Below, piece by piece: positions 29,138 through 39,108 of a stretch of 64,000 nucleotides of DNA. The notes under the pieces are model-generated. The model saw only the letters and a list, made by a program, of their open reading frames with translations. It did not search any database and was not told the DNA's origin. The DNA lies in assembly GCA_041946735.1 (NCBI GenBank), contig JBHGAY010000016.1, forward strand, positions 32,001-96,000, given 5' to 3'. Position 1 is the stretch's first letter; each line of letters starts with the position of its first letter. Source of the DNA: Candidatus Eiseniibacteriota bacterium (GTDB lineage Bacteria > Eisenbacteria > RBG-16-71-46 > CAIMUX01 > VGJL01). The translations under genes and the position numbers were made by a program.

Positions 29138-31066
29138 TCAGGCGCGCGTCGAGATCGAACCAGGACCGAGGGTGACGTCAGCGATCTCTGCCACGGGGCC
29201 GGATGCGCCCGCACCTCCGCTTCCCGCCGTCCCGCCGCTTCCACCCTCGAGTCGGAAGACCACCTCGGTGTGGTGCGCGGGTCCCCTTGGAGATTCGGGG
29301 GCTACCGGAACGAGCGCCGTGTAGCACAGCCGCCTCCACTCCGGCGTCAGCTCGTAGGACTTCGCGGCGGTCCCTTGCACCGGGGCGCCGGGAGCATCGA
29401 ACTGCTGATAGAGGTATACCGAGAGTGTGCCGCCCCGCGGTCCTCGAGCCACGAACTCGAGCGATACGAACATGCCGCTCAACCGGTCCAGTTTCGAGAT
29501 CCGCTGTAGAAGCAGCGTAGGGGGCGAACTGCCCGCTCCGCCGCTCCGCGGTCCCTCGATTCGCACGTATGGAAGAACTTCCCCCTCTTTGCCTCGGGGC
29601 CCTGGACCGGCGCTATCCGCGCCGGCCTCTCCTCGGATGACTCGGGAACCGGCCGGGGCGAGCAGCTCCCAATGAAGCGGAGTCTCCTCCTTCGCCGATC
29701 TCCGGCGCCATTGCTCGAAGCGCCCGTTGCGCAAAATGTCTGCGCGGACCGTGGAGCGCAACGCGGCCGGCGCGGGGGCGCGGTAGAAGCCCCGGATCGC
29801 GTCATCGCCGGCGATCGGATCGTAGAAGTCGAGACCGAGGCGCCCGGCGGCGTGCCTGTCGAGAGAGACGCGAAGAAACCGCTCGAGCCACTCCGGATCG
29901 TTCAGGCAGAGCGGCTCGGGAATGAAGTAATGGCGGACCATCCATCCAACGACTCCGTCGCGGTCCGCGATCGGATCGAGGTCTCGGCCGGGATCCAGAT
30001 CGGCGAGGCTGTGGACCGACGCGTACGGCGCGAGGTGGCTCCATCCAGGGGAGACGAGCGGCTTCCTCCAGAAGAGGGCCTGAAGGCCGAGGGAAGAGCT
30101 GAGACAGATCACGGCATCCGCGTGCAGGAGGAGCATCTGGCTGCCGTGAAGCACGACGGAGGGATCGACGAAGACCGCCTGAGGCCACCGGGAACGTAGA
30201 TGTTCGCGCGTTTCGTCGTCGAAGCTGTCGCCGAGCAACCGCGCCGACGGATGCTCGGTCACGATCAACCCGACCGAGTCGGGAAGCCGCTCGAGGACAT
30301 GGAACAGATACTCCGCCTGGTTGCGGAACGGTCCGTTCACGTCGAATCCTGCCTCGCCGCCGAACTGAAGCGGCAGCAGGACGACCCGGCGGAAGCGGCG
30401 GCGAAGCTCCATCTCGAGGCCGCCAAAGGGGGACGCGGCGAGGAGCCACGCGCGCAGCTCCTCGCGCAGACCGTCCAGCCAGGCGTGCTCCCGGGCGTCG
30501 GGGCGACGAGCGAGCAGAGCCTCGGCATGCACCCCGAGAGTCGAGCGCGCATACAGCCCGAGAGGATCGAAGTAGTGCGTCACTGGGAAAGGATGGCGCG
30601 AGAAGAACCCGAACTCGCTGTGGAGCACAAGCGCGCCGGGGAAGGCCGAGGCCAGGTGATCCGAGGGTGTGAAGGTCAGGATCACATCGGGCTCGAAGCC
30701 GGACAGCGCCGCGCGCAGGTCCTGCCCGCACGCCTGGACGCGCTCCGCGGGCCATCGTCCGTGGTGCAGCCCTTCGAGGATCGCGACGTTGGGCGCATCG
30801 AAGTGGCGCCGCAAGAGGCTCTGCGACAGCGGCACGACCCATTCTGGAGGTAGCCCTTCGTGTTTGCGGCGGTTGACCTCGTTCCCGGGACCGGGAGGGG
30901 CGACTGCGCGGCCGGCGAGCGCTTCGTTGGTCACCAGGCGGATCTCGTGGCCGCCCCCAGTTGCGCGGAGCGCGTGGCCGATCGCGGCGGCGCGGTCGAG
31001 CCATGCCCAGTAATGGAGCGGCCGGTTGTGCATGATCAAGGGTTCCACGTACAGAAGCAGGCGCAT
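29138..31066 (-). CDS. KpsC/KpsS-like capsule polysaccharide-related glycosyltransferase with C-terminal CBM-like domain
   Basis: HSEFGFF, VLLPLQ, VTEHP, VICLSSSLGLQALFWRKP; C-terminal ILRNGRFEQW...LTPEWRR. Confidence 0.6.
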   Translation of the reverse strand: MRLLLYVEPLIMHNRPLHYWAWLDRAAAIGHALRATGGGHEIRLVTNEALAGRAVAPPGPGNEVNRRKHEGLPPEWVVPLSQSLLRRHFDAPNVAILEGLHHGRWPAERVQACGQDLRAALSGFEPDVILTFTPSDHLASAFPGALVLHSEFGFFSRHPFPVTHYFDPLGLYARSTLGVHAEALLARRPDAREHAWLDGLREELRAWLLAASPFGGLEMELRRRFRRVVLLPLQFGGEAGFDVNGPFRNQAEYLFHVLERLPDSVGLIVTEHPSARLLGDSFDDETREHLRSRWPQAVFVDPSVVLHGSQMLLLHADAVICLSSSLGLQALFWRKPLVSPGWSHLAPYASVHSLADLDPGRDLDPIADRDGVVGWMVRHYFIPEPLCLNDPEWLERFLRVSLDRHAAGRLGLDFYDPIAGDDAIRGFYRAPAPAALRSTVRADILRNGRFEQWRRRSAKEETPLHWELLAPAGSRVIRGEAGADSAGPGPRGKEGEVLPYVRIEGPRSGGAGSSPPTLLLQRISKLDRLSGMFVSLEFVARGPRGGTLSVYLYQQFDAPGAPVQGTAAKSYELTPEWRRLCYTALVPVAPESPRGPAHHTEVVFRLEGGSGGTAGSGGAGASGPVAEIADVTLGPGSISTRA

Positions 31067-31405
31067 GCGGCTGACTCTCCTTGTTCGCGTGCAGGATGGC
31101 AGGGGAAGTGGGCCGGCACAAGGGCCACCGGAAGGCAGTTCGGTCGCGATGGCGGGCCAGGATCTCTCCGAGCTCGTGAACGAGCGACCGGCGATCTCCA
31201 CTTCGGCGATCCGCCTGGCTTCCGACCCGAAGGGCAGAGGCGATACCAAAGCACTCGTCGAGTTCTCGGCTCACAGGTATGATGGCGGGCCGAGTCGAAC
31301 GAAATTCGTCCCTTCCGGGTCGGCTCGTCATTGCCAATCCCGTGAACCGAGAGGTTCCGGCCAATCCCGATGAAGAAGATTCCAGAAGATAAGGAGTAGT
31401 TCCGC

Positions 31406-32956
31406 ATGCCCCTTCGCAATCGCGTTCGCTCACTTTCCATCGCGGCGATCCTCTGCGCCGTCTCGACTCTCGGTTCGATAACGGTCGCGGCCCCCATCGG
31501 AACGGAGATCACGTATCAAGGCGCGCTGCAAGACGGGGGATCGCCCGCGAATGGCTCGTATGATTTCCGCTTCCGTCTGTTCGATGCTATTTCCGGCGGG
31601 AATCAGGTTGGATCTGGTGTCGCGGTCGAGAACCTGGCCGTGGCAAACGGCGTCTTCACGGCCGTCATCGACTTCGGCCAAAACGGATTCGGCCCGGACG
31701 GCCGCTGGCTCGAAGTCGGAGTCCGCCCCGGTGCCGATTCCGATCCCGCTCCCTACACGATTCTGACTCCCCGGCAACAGGTAACGGCGTCGCCCGTCTC
31801 CCTGTTCTCTCTGGGGTCGGGCGACAATCACTGGTCACAGAACGGTAGCGCCATCACGAACAACAACGATGGTTTCGTGGGCATCAACCGATCGACCAGG
31901 GTGACGACTTCGGAGTACTTCGGCGTTCAAGCGGCCACCAACGGCTATGGCGGAATGTACATGGCGACCGACGGGGCGGAAGGTCTGCCATTCTATGGTT
32001 ATTCCACGGGAGCCAGGAGCGCGTGGACCTACCTGGATGGGGCCAACGGGAACTGGTTCGTGCACAACGGGGCCGACCGGGTCGTCGTCACGAGCACGGG
32101 AGAGGTCGGCATTGGAACACTCTCGCCGGACTACCGTCTCGAGGTGACGTCCGGCGACGGAGACGCCATCCATGGATCGACCACCGCGGCATTCTCGGCC
32201 GGCATTTCGGGCACGGGAACGACTGCGGGGGTGAGCGGGATTTGTGGCACGAGCAATGGGTCCGGGGTCTTCGGCCAGAACAACAGCGCGTCGGGGACGG
32301 GTGTCCGAGGCGAAACCAGTGGGAACAGCGGAGCGGGTGTTGCCGGCTATGCCCCGTCGGGAACCGGCGTGTACGGCCAGACGAGCACCGGCTATGCCAT
32401 CTACGGCAGCAACGGCGGCAGCAACCTGAGCGGCTACGCCGGCTACTTCAACGGGCGAGTGCACGTCGCGGGGATTCTCTCCAAGGCGAGTGGGTCGTTC
32501 AAGATCGATCATCCGCTGGACCCGTTGAACAAGACCCTGAGCCACTCGTTCGTGGAGAGCCCTGACATGATGAACATCTACAACGGGAACGTCACGACCG
32601 ACGAGAAGGGACTTGCCCGTGTGGATCTCCCGGGATACTTCGAGGCTCTCAATCGCGACTTCCGCTATCAGCTCACCGTCCTCGGAGAGTTCGCGAATGC
32701 AACGATCGCGGAGGAAGTGAAGGACAACTCGTTCGTGATTCGCACCGACAAGCCCAGCGTGCGTGTGTCTTGGCAGGTGACAGGCATTCGGCACGATGCC
32801 TGGGCGGCCGCGCACCCGATAGTCGTGGAAGAGGAGAAGTCCTCGGCAGAGCAGGGACACTACATAAATCCCGGCGCCTACGGCACGGCAGATCTCGGAA
32901 GCGAGATGGCGACGCCTGCCGCCGATGCGGTCTCCGCCGCGGGGACGGCCCGATGA
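31406..32956 (+). CDS. Secreted 'ITYQG' N-domain protein with Gly-rich GVxG repeats and a tail-fibre-like SFKIDHPLDP C-terminal domain
   Basis: Signal peptide, ITYQGAL...YDFRFRLFDA...GVFT...WLEVGVR...LTPRQ; GEVGIGT; GVYG repeats; YQLT. Confidence 0.8.
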   Translation: MPLRNRVRSLSIAAILCAVSTLGSITVAAPIGTEITYQGALQDGGSPANGSYDFRFRLFDAISGGNQVGSGVAVENLAVANGVFTAVIDFGQNGFGPDGRWLEVGVRPGADSDPAPYTILTPRQQVTASPVSLFSLGSGDNHWSQNGSAITNNNDGFVGINRSTRVTTSEYFGVQAATNGYGGMYMATDGAEGLPFYGYSTGARSAWTYLDGANGNWFVHNGADRVVVTSTGEVGIGTLSPDYRLEVTSGDGDAIHGSTTAAFSAGISGTGTTAGVSGICGTSNGSGVFGQNNSASGTGVRGETSGNSGAGVAGYAPSGTGVYGQTSTGYAIYGSNGGSNLSGYAGYFNGRVHVAGILSKASGSFKIDHPLDPLNKTLSHSFVESPDMMNIYNGNVTTDEKGLARVDLPGYFEALNRDFRYQLTVLGEFANATIAEEVKDNSFVIRTDKPSVRVSWQVTGIRHDAWAAAHPIVVEEEKSSAEQGHYINPGAYGTADLGSEMATPAADAVSAAGTAR

Positions 32957-33498
32957 GATCCGCGCCGATTGTCCTCGCCGTCTTGGCGGCCTTGTCGGTG
33001 TTCAGCGGTGCCGGACAGGCTGAGGTCGCTATGCAGCGCTTCACGATGGACGGCGGGGGTGGGACCAGCTCTGGCGGAACGTACGCGCTGAGCGGAACGA
33101 TTGGGCAACCAGATGCAGGAGCGCTGTCCGGAGGAACCTATGCGCTCGCCGGTGGCTTCTGGTTTGGTGGAAGCGCAACCAGCGGGATCGAGCAGGATCC
33201 CTCGCCGGGGAACGGTGCGTGGATCACCGGCATCAGCCCGGCCGCTCCCAATCCGATGCGCGGTCAATCCGTCCTTGCTTTCCGCCTCGCCAGGCCGGAA
33301 GTGGTGCATCTCGAGATCTACAACATCGGAGGGGAACTGGTGCGCAACCTTTTGCGTGAGCCGCGTCCGGCGGGATCGTACCGGCTGGTCTGGGACGGGA
33401 AGGACGATCGAGGATCCGAGGTCGCGAGCGGGTTCTATTTCGTCCGATTCGTCACCAGTGAGCATGAGGACACCCAGAAGCTCCTGCTCGTCCGCTAA
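32953..33498 (+). CDS. Small secreted DGGGG/SGTIGQ-domain protein with FlgD-Ig CTD
   Basis: FTMDGGGG...YALSGTIGQPDAG...GGFW then PNP...WDGKD...SGFYF; ATGA overlap with the upstream gene. Confidence 0.82.
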   Translation: MRSAPIVLAVLAALSVFSGAGQAEVAMQRFTMDGGGGTSSGGTYALSGTIGQPDAGALSGGTYALAGGFWFGGSATSGIEQDPSPGNGAWITGISPAAPNPMRGQSVLAFRLARPEVVHLEIYNIGGELVRNLLREPRPAGSYRLVWDGKDDRGSEVASGFYFVRFVTSEHEDTQKLLLVR

Positions 33499-33551
33499 TC
33501 GTCGCGTAGACGACGCCGGGAATCCACGGTTCGCCTTCGCGTGCGGAGTTG

Positions 33552-33586
33552 TCGAGGGTGGGGGAGTGAAACTCCTTCACCCTCGA
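33552..33586 (+). terminator. 16-bp stem-loop downstream of the two-gene operon (possible terminator)
   Basis: TCGAGGGTGGGGGAGT / GAA / ACTCCTTCACCCTCGA with two G-U pairs; weak U-tract. Confidence 0.45.
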
Positions 33587-33899
33587 TCCGTTGTAGTAGT
33601 CACGACTTGACCTTAAAGGTCCCCCCCGTGCTCCCGTGCTATTCCGTCGGACGTCGTCATGGCTTCCTCCTTGTGCCTCTGTTTCGACCACAGAGATCTC
33701 TAGCACAGAGGGGAGCGTGACGACACTGGCTCCCCAGGAAGGCCTTCCGCCTTCCGGAAGGTCAACTGCCAAGCAAGAATCGGACTACCCCAGATGCGTT
33801 GCTGGCAGCCCCGGCACATACCTCCCGTACTCAAAAGGCAGGTCATGGTAGAATTTGCAGCGCGAAACGTGAGTCGTTCGGCAGTAGGTCGGTTCCGTG

Positions 33900-34939
33900 C
33901 GAAACAGGCCGCTTCCGAGGACTCGCGTTGCTCGGCGTGTGCTCCAAGAACGTCGCAGCTCCCGGTTCAATGGTGATCGCCGGGGACCACATCTACGTCT
34001 CCAATACATTCAAAGCGGACATCTACAGGATCCTCGCCTCCCATCTTCCGGAGTGGGTGCGAACCTTCGACGAGGCGTGGATCGACATCGCGGTCCGGGG
34101 CTCCCACGCCTATCTGACGAGCGAGGTCGGCTTCTACGGGATCCGGGTGATGGATCTGTCGACACCAGAGGTGCCGGCCATCGTCAACGATGCCCTGCCA
34201 GGACATCGTCCGGGAGATCACGCTGGGAGAGGCGCACGCCTATACGTGCGGCGAGGGGCAAGGGCCGGATCGTCTCCTGGATGCCCGCGAGGGGCGTGGT
34301 CGAAACAATCGCCGGGGACAGCGGATCGTGCACGTCGATGACGTACAGGTAGAACAGATCCGGCTCTGGGGCAGGCCCAACATTGCCACGCTCCGCGGCG
34401 CGGTCCCGGTCTGCGAGGTCGAAGACCCGCAGTACCTCTACATTGGCGGAGAGCGTCTCACAGTCGTTGATGCGCACGACCCGCTTACCCCGCGTGTTCT
34501 CGGGAACCTCGGCCCTCCTAGCGAGGTCAACGCCATCATCGCCCTGGACGAGTACCTCTTCACGACCGGCGCAGGCTGGCAGGAGGGGCTCGTTGTCCTG
34601 CCGGCGCCGTGCAACCCGGCGCATGCGATCGATGACGGCTCGCTCCTCGGTCTTCGGGACGGTCTGCGCCTCGGCGCTCCATACCCGCAGCCCTCCGCCG
34701 CGGGGATCACCATTCCCCTCGATCTGCCTGCCGACGCAACCGCGCGCGCGAACGTCTACGACGCGGGGGGGCGACTCGTACGCGCGATCGCCACCGCCTC
34801 TCTCGGGCAAGGCGGCCGGCAGGACATCGCCTGGGACGGCCGGGACGACGACGGACACCGCGCGCCCGCCGGGGTCTACCTGGTGCGTGTCCGCGCGATG
34901 GGAATCGAGGCGACGTGCACCGTCGTACTCGCGCACTGA
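33900..34939 (+). pseudogene. Degraded LVIVD-repeat/FlgD-CTD gene: 5'-truncated, frameshifted and with an internal inversion
   Basis: LVIVD repeats in two + frames (shift near 34190) and on the - strand at 34259-34432; intact CTD to TGA 34939; no signal peptide. Confidence 0.7.
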
Positions 34940-35173
34940 CGCGCTGACGCCGCGCCGGCGTGCGCGCGGTCACCGTGGCGAGGGCACGATGCAGGGCCGC
35001 CAGAAGAGAATGGCTTTCCGTCCGATGCTGCATCCGGTGATGTCCAGATCCGCGGCAACACGATCCAGTATCCGAGCCCACGCGGGTCGATCGCGCTAAC
35101 GAAGAGCGCGGAGGCGGAACTTCTCTCCGTCCCCGCGCTCGTCTGCCGGACGATCGGGATCCGTGGCCGAATC

Positions 35174-36862
35174 TCAGCGGAGCAGGACGACCGGCCTCCT
35201 CGCCACCTCGCTCCCGTCGCGCATCACACGGACGAAGTACACGCCGGCGGGCAGTCGCGTTCCGTCTGAGTCCCGCCCGTCCCAATGGAACGCGGACTCC
35301 GGCCTGTTGCGGAGGAGCCGTCCCGACGCGTCATAGATCCGGATCTCGATCCGGCTCCCGGGCTCCGTAGAAGAGAAGGCGATGCTCGCGGATCCCTGGA
35401 ACGGGTTCGGAGCGATCCGCAGTCCCGAGATCCAGGAAGTGTCTTCGTAGATGCCGGCGGCAGGGCATCCGATCCCGAAGGCGCCGATCAAGCCGCAACC
35501 GGGAGGCGACAGGTCGGGCATGCAGGGGGAGTCGCGTTGGAGCGTGAAGTCGTAGGCGGATGGATCGCAGAAGAGAGGATCCTCACTGATGTTCCCGTCG
35601 AGGCCGGTCGGATCCTGACAGACGCCGCCATAGTTGCCGTTCGCATGGCCGTACGCATCGTTGCAGTCGAAGTCGATCATGCCCTGCCCGGCGCAGGTGA
35701 AGCCGGCTCCCTCGCTTCGGTTTGCATAGACGATGTTGCGGGAGAAGCTGGGGGTGGAAGCGCCGTAGACGGCGACCCCTCCGCCATCGACAAGGGCGAC
35801 GTTTCGGGCAATCGTGTTCTCCGCCACGGATCCGTAGCAGTTGTGAAGGAAGAGACCGCCACCTTCGCCGCGAATTGGATAGTTCTCGTAGGCGGAGCTG
35901 TCGGTGTTGGCGGCGAAGAGGTTCCGCTCGATCCTCACGCCGCACTCGTATGCGTAGAGAGCTCCTCCTTCTGTCGCGCGGTTCTCGAGGAACCGATTCT
36001 CCAAGATCGTCACGTCCCCGCAGCTCTCGAGATAGATTGCTCCGCCTCGTGCGACGGCGTCTGGTTCGGCCTGCCAGCCGATCGTCTGACAGTCCGCAAA
36101 GAGGTTCCGCTCGATCTCGATCCGGCCGGGCACCGAAGATGCCTCAATGGCAGCCCCTCGTCCCGAGATGCCGTCGTCGCTCATGGCCCTGCAGTGGAGG
36201 AAGAGGTTGTCGTGGATCGCCGCGGCGGGGGCGAGCACGTTGACCCCTACGGTTTCGATGAACTGGTTCGACTCGATCCCAACCCCTCCGGCATCGACCT
36301 GCACCGCAGGGTTGGTGTAGAACCAGCGCAACTCGTTCTCTCGCACGATGGCGCCCGGGCCTCTCACCCAGACGCCGCCCCCCCAGCCGTGGTGTTCGAG
36401 ATTGTTGTCCTCGATCACGACTTCTGCAGACTCCTCGAGGATCGTGATCGCCCAGCCCATGAAGCTGACGATGTTGAACCCCTCGATCCGGCTGCGTGAT
36501 CCATGGACGAGGATCGTCGACTCCCAGTCATCGAGGACGAGCGTCGCCTTGGCCGAATAGACGGAGAGCAGCGTCACGTCGGAGCGCGGCATGGTCAGCC
36601 CTTGGGCGCCAAGGTCGTAGCCACCGGGCCAGACCGCGACCGTGTCGCCAGGCTGCGCCAGGTCGAGCGCTTCTTGCACGGTCGGGATCTCGTTCGGGAC
36701 CTCCCAGGTCTCGGCGTACGCGATCCCGGCCACAAGCGCGAGCAAGGTAAGACAGACGGAGAGGCGGTTAAGAGGATGGAGACAATAGAAACGGTGGAAA
36801 CCACCGAGACAGACAGGGCCGGCGCGAGCCGATCTTGCCGTCGGTCCCGTTTCCTGGTTCAT
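35174..36862 (-). CDS. Secreted right-handed beta-helix (pectin-lyase-like) protein with FlgD-Ig CTD
   Basis: PTVQEALD...GDTVAVWPG, repeated IxxNxF, GGAI; GNISEDPLFC; PNPF...WDGRD...GVYFV; AAGGAGG RBS. Confidence 0.82.
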   Translation of the reverse strand: MNQETGPTARSARAGPVCLGGFHRFYCLHPLNRLSVCLTLLALVAGIAYAETWEVPNEIPTVQEALDLAQPGDTVAVWPGGYDLGAQGLTMPRSDVTLLSVYSAKATLVLDDWESTILVHGSRSRIEGFNIVSFMGWAITILEESAEVVIEDNNLEHHGWGGGVWVRGPGAIVRENELRWFYTNPAVQVDAGGVGIESNQFIETVGVNVLAPAAAIHDNLFLHCRAMSDDGISGRGAAIEASSVPGRIEIERNLFADCQTIGWQAEPDAVARGGAIYLESCGDVTILENRFLENRATEGGALYAYECGVRIERNLFAANTDSSAYENYPIRGEGGGLFLHNCYGSVAENTIARNVALVDGGGVAVYGASTPSFSRNIVYANRSEGAGFTCAGQGMIDFDCNDAYGHANGNYGGVCQDPTGLDGNISEDPLFCDPSAYDFTLQRDSPCMPDLSPPGCGLIGAFGIGCPAAGIYEDTSWISGLRIAPNPFQGSASIAFSSTEPGSRIEIRIYDASGRLLRNRPESAFHWDGRDSDGTRLPAGVYFVRVMRDGSEVARRPVVLLR

Positions 36863-37140
36863 GGATGGGCCTCCTTTCCAGGAATCGGTTGCGCGATCAG
36901 CCTCCTGCGAGCGGGGATAAGTCTACTCCTCCGGGGCTCCCCGATCCATCAAGCGTGGGGCTAGCCTCGAGCGAGCCGGCCGGCCAGCGCTCGGGGCCGA
37001 ACGAAACCCCGGCCTCGCGCTCGCCAGGCCGGGCCCTGCCCGCGCACCATGCGAGTACCCCTGATCGATGCAGCAGGTGATCGTTCCAGGTAGGGGGCGG
37101 CGGATCCGTTTGTGCAGTGCGCGGAGAGGCTTGGATCATT

Positions 37141-37902
37141 TCAGGCGAACATCGATCCCCCTCCCGTGACGTCGAGAATCAACCCCGTGATCCACCCGGC
37201 ATCGTCGGAAGCCAGGAACAGAGCCGCCCGGGCGACATCCTCCGGCGTCCCCAGCCTCTGGATCGGATGGACCTGGGCCAATGCCTGCCTCTGCTGCTCA
37301 GGAATCCATTGAAGGTTGCGCTCCGTCAGGATCGTTTCTGGGGCGATGCAGTTCAGGCGGACCCCATGCGGTCCCGCCTGAGTGGCGACGTCCAGCGTCA
37401 GGATCTGGACCCCAGCCTTCGCCGCGGCGTACGCGATCGGTGAGCGCGGGTGGGCCATTCGTCCACTCGTCGAAGAAATCGTGACGATGTTGCCGCTCCC
37501 GCGTTCCTTCATGCCGGGGAGGAAGCTCTTGATCGTGAGGAAGGTCGCCGTGAGATTGGCATCGATCGATTCGCGCCATTTCGCTTCGTCGATCTCCTCC
37601 AGCGGGCCGGGTGGGATCGGGCTGCCTCCAGCGTTGGCCACGAGGATCCCTACCGGGCCAAGCTCCTCCTCGATGCGATGGCGCATAGCTTCGATCTCAT
37701 CGAAGCGTGTGACGTCCGCCGCAACGGTGATTGCGTGGCCGCCGGACTGCTCGATCTCGGCTCTCACGGCGTTCATCGCCTGTCGATCCCGCCCATGTAC
37801 GGCGACACGGGCTCCTTCTTCGGCGAATAGCCGTGCGATCGCGGCCCCGATGCCGCGCGAGCTGCCGGTGACGAGCGCGACCTTGTTCCGCAAACGATTC
37901 AT
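37141..37902 (-). CDS. SDR family NAD(P)-dependent oxidoreductase
   Basis: TGSSRGIG, ANAG, YAAAK, WITG. Confidence 0.92.
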   Translation of the reverse strand: MNRLRNKVALVTGSSRGIGAAIARLFAEEGARVAVHGRDRQAMNAVRAEIEQSGGHAITVAADVTRFDEIEAMRHRIEEELGPVGILVANAGGSPIPPGPLEEIDEAKWRESIDANLTATFLTIKSFLPGMKERGSGNIVTISSTSGRMAHPRSPIAYAAAKAGVQILTLDVATQAGPHGVRLNCIAPETILTERNLQWIPEQQRQALAQVHPIQRLGTPEDVARAALFLASDDAGWITGLILDVTGGGSMFA

Positions 37903-38198
37903 GGTGGGCCTCTCTTGGTTCTTCCGGGATCTTCCTCCGGGGGAGCGGCATGACAGAGAGACATCGACCCGATCATCAGAGCGTTGGAGGCTCGGCTCTG
38001 TCAACAAAGGCGATCTCGGCGAGACCGATGAGCGAGACTCGATTTGTCACCGATGTGCCGGTCCCGACGCGCCGGTCGCAACACGGGGCGTCAACGACGC
38101 GCGAAGAAGCTCTTCCCCTAGGGGCCAGCTGGCACTAGCCTGAACGCGCGTCCGCATGCGTCGGGCATGAGGGCATGGGAAAGGGAGGGGAGGAGAGG

Positions 38199-38780
38199 AT
38201 GCCCGAATCGTCCCTCAAGCCGGCCAATCCGGCTCCACTGGGCCTTGTCGGATTCGGTTTGACGACTGTCGTCCTGAGTTCCATCAACGCTGGACTGCTC
38301 AGCCGCGACGCGCTGCCCGCTGTGATCCCGCTGGCGTTCGCCTTCGGCGGGCTGGCGCAGATCTTCGCCGGCTTCATGGAGTTCAGGAACGGCAACACCT
38401 TCGGAACCGTCGCCTTTACATCGTACGGGCTCTTCTGGTGGTGGTTCGCGCTACTGCACTGGACGATCGGAGCGGGACTGATCCAGGCGCCGTCGTCTAC
38501 GGGGCTCGGGGTGACGTTGCTGCTCTGGGGAGTGTTCACCCTCTACATGTGGATCTCGACCTTCCGGTCGGTCTTTGCACTCTGGACAGTGTTCCTGCTC
38601 CTCTGGATCACCTTCTTCCTGCTCGCGGGCGGGGACTTCGGATGGGGCACCGGTCGGTTGGGAGGATGGGTCGGTCTCGTCTGCGGTCTGAACGCGATGT
38701 ACGTTTCCTTCGCGGAGGTCGCGAATCAGACATTCGGGCGCGCAATTCTGCCGCTCGGGTCTCCGCTGCTGAAGACCTGA
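38199..38780 (+). CDS. satP: Acetate uptake transporter, SatP/YaaH (GPR1/FUN34) family
   Basis: NPAPLGL signature, FGGLAQ, GNTFG...SYGLFW. Confidence 0.88.
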   Translation: MPESSLKPANPAPLGLVGFGLTTVVLSSINAGLLSRDALPAVIPLAFAFGGLAQIFAGFMEFRNGNTFGTVAFTSYGLFWWWFALLHWTIGAGLIQAPSSTGLGVTLLLWGVFTLYMWISTFRSVFALWTVFLLLWITFFLLAGGDFGWGTGRLGGWVGLVCGLNAMYVSFAEVANQTFGRAILPLGSPLLKT

Positions 38781-38789
38781 CGGACCCCC

Positions 38790-38930
38790 GGCGGGGATCG
38801 CGCGCAGCTCGCGCCGGAGGACCTTGCCGGTCGGGTTGCGCGGCATCGTTTCCAGACGAATCACCCGCCGCGGAAACCTGGTGGGGCGCGAGGTCCTCTC
38901 GGCAGTAGGCTCGCAGCGCTGTTTTCGTCG
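38790..38930 (-). pseudogene. Frameshifted remnant of the C-terminus of an AMP-binding (acyl-CoA synthetase) gene
   Basis: ALRAYCREDLAPHQV, one extra base at 38874-38876, then PRRVIRLETMPRNPTGKVLRRELR (A10 motif). Confidence 0.7.
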
Positions 38931-39108
38931 AAGCCTTACTGCTCCCTGGAGACCGTCCACGACTCCGGCCCGACGCGCCACTGCGCGCACGCCCTCGCGG
39001 CCTGCGGAATGCGCGCGCCACGATGCGTCGTTGCGCATCCTGGCCGTCCGGACCTCATCCTCTCGGTGGCCGGGCAGCTGCGCGATGCCCCGAGTATCGC
39101 TGCTCGAG

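Noticed and set aside
31406..32956. Prophage tail fibre gene
   Set aside because: It has a signal peptide and no phage structural, integrase or packaging genes lie nearby
33540..33600. Group II intron 3' end (domain VI-like hairpin ending in ...CTCGAT)
   Set aside because: No recognisable domain V upstream and no RT/maturase ORF
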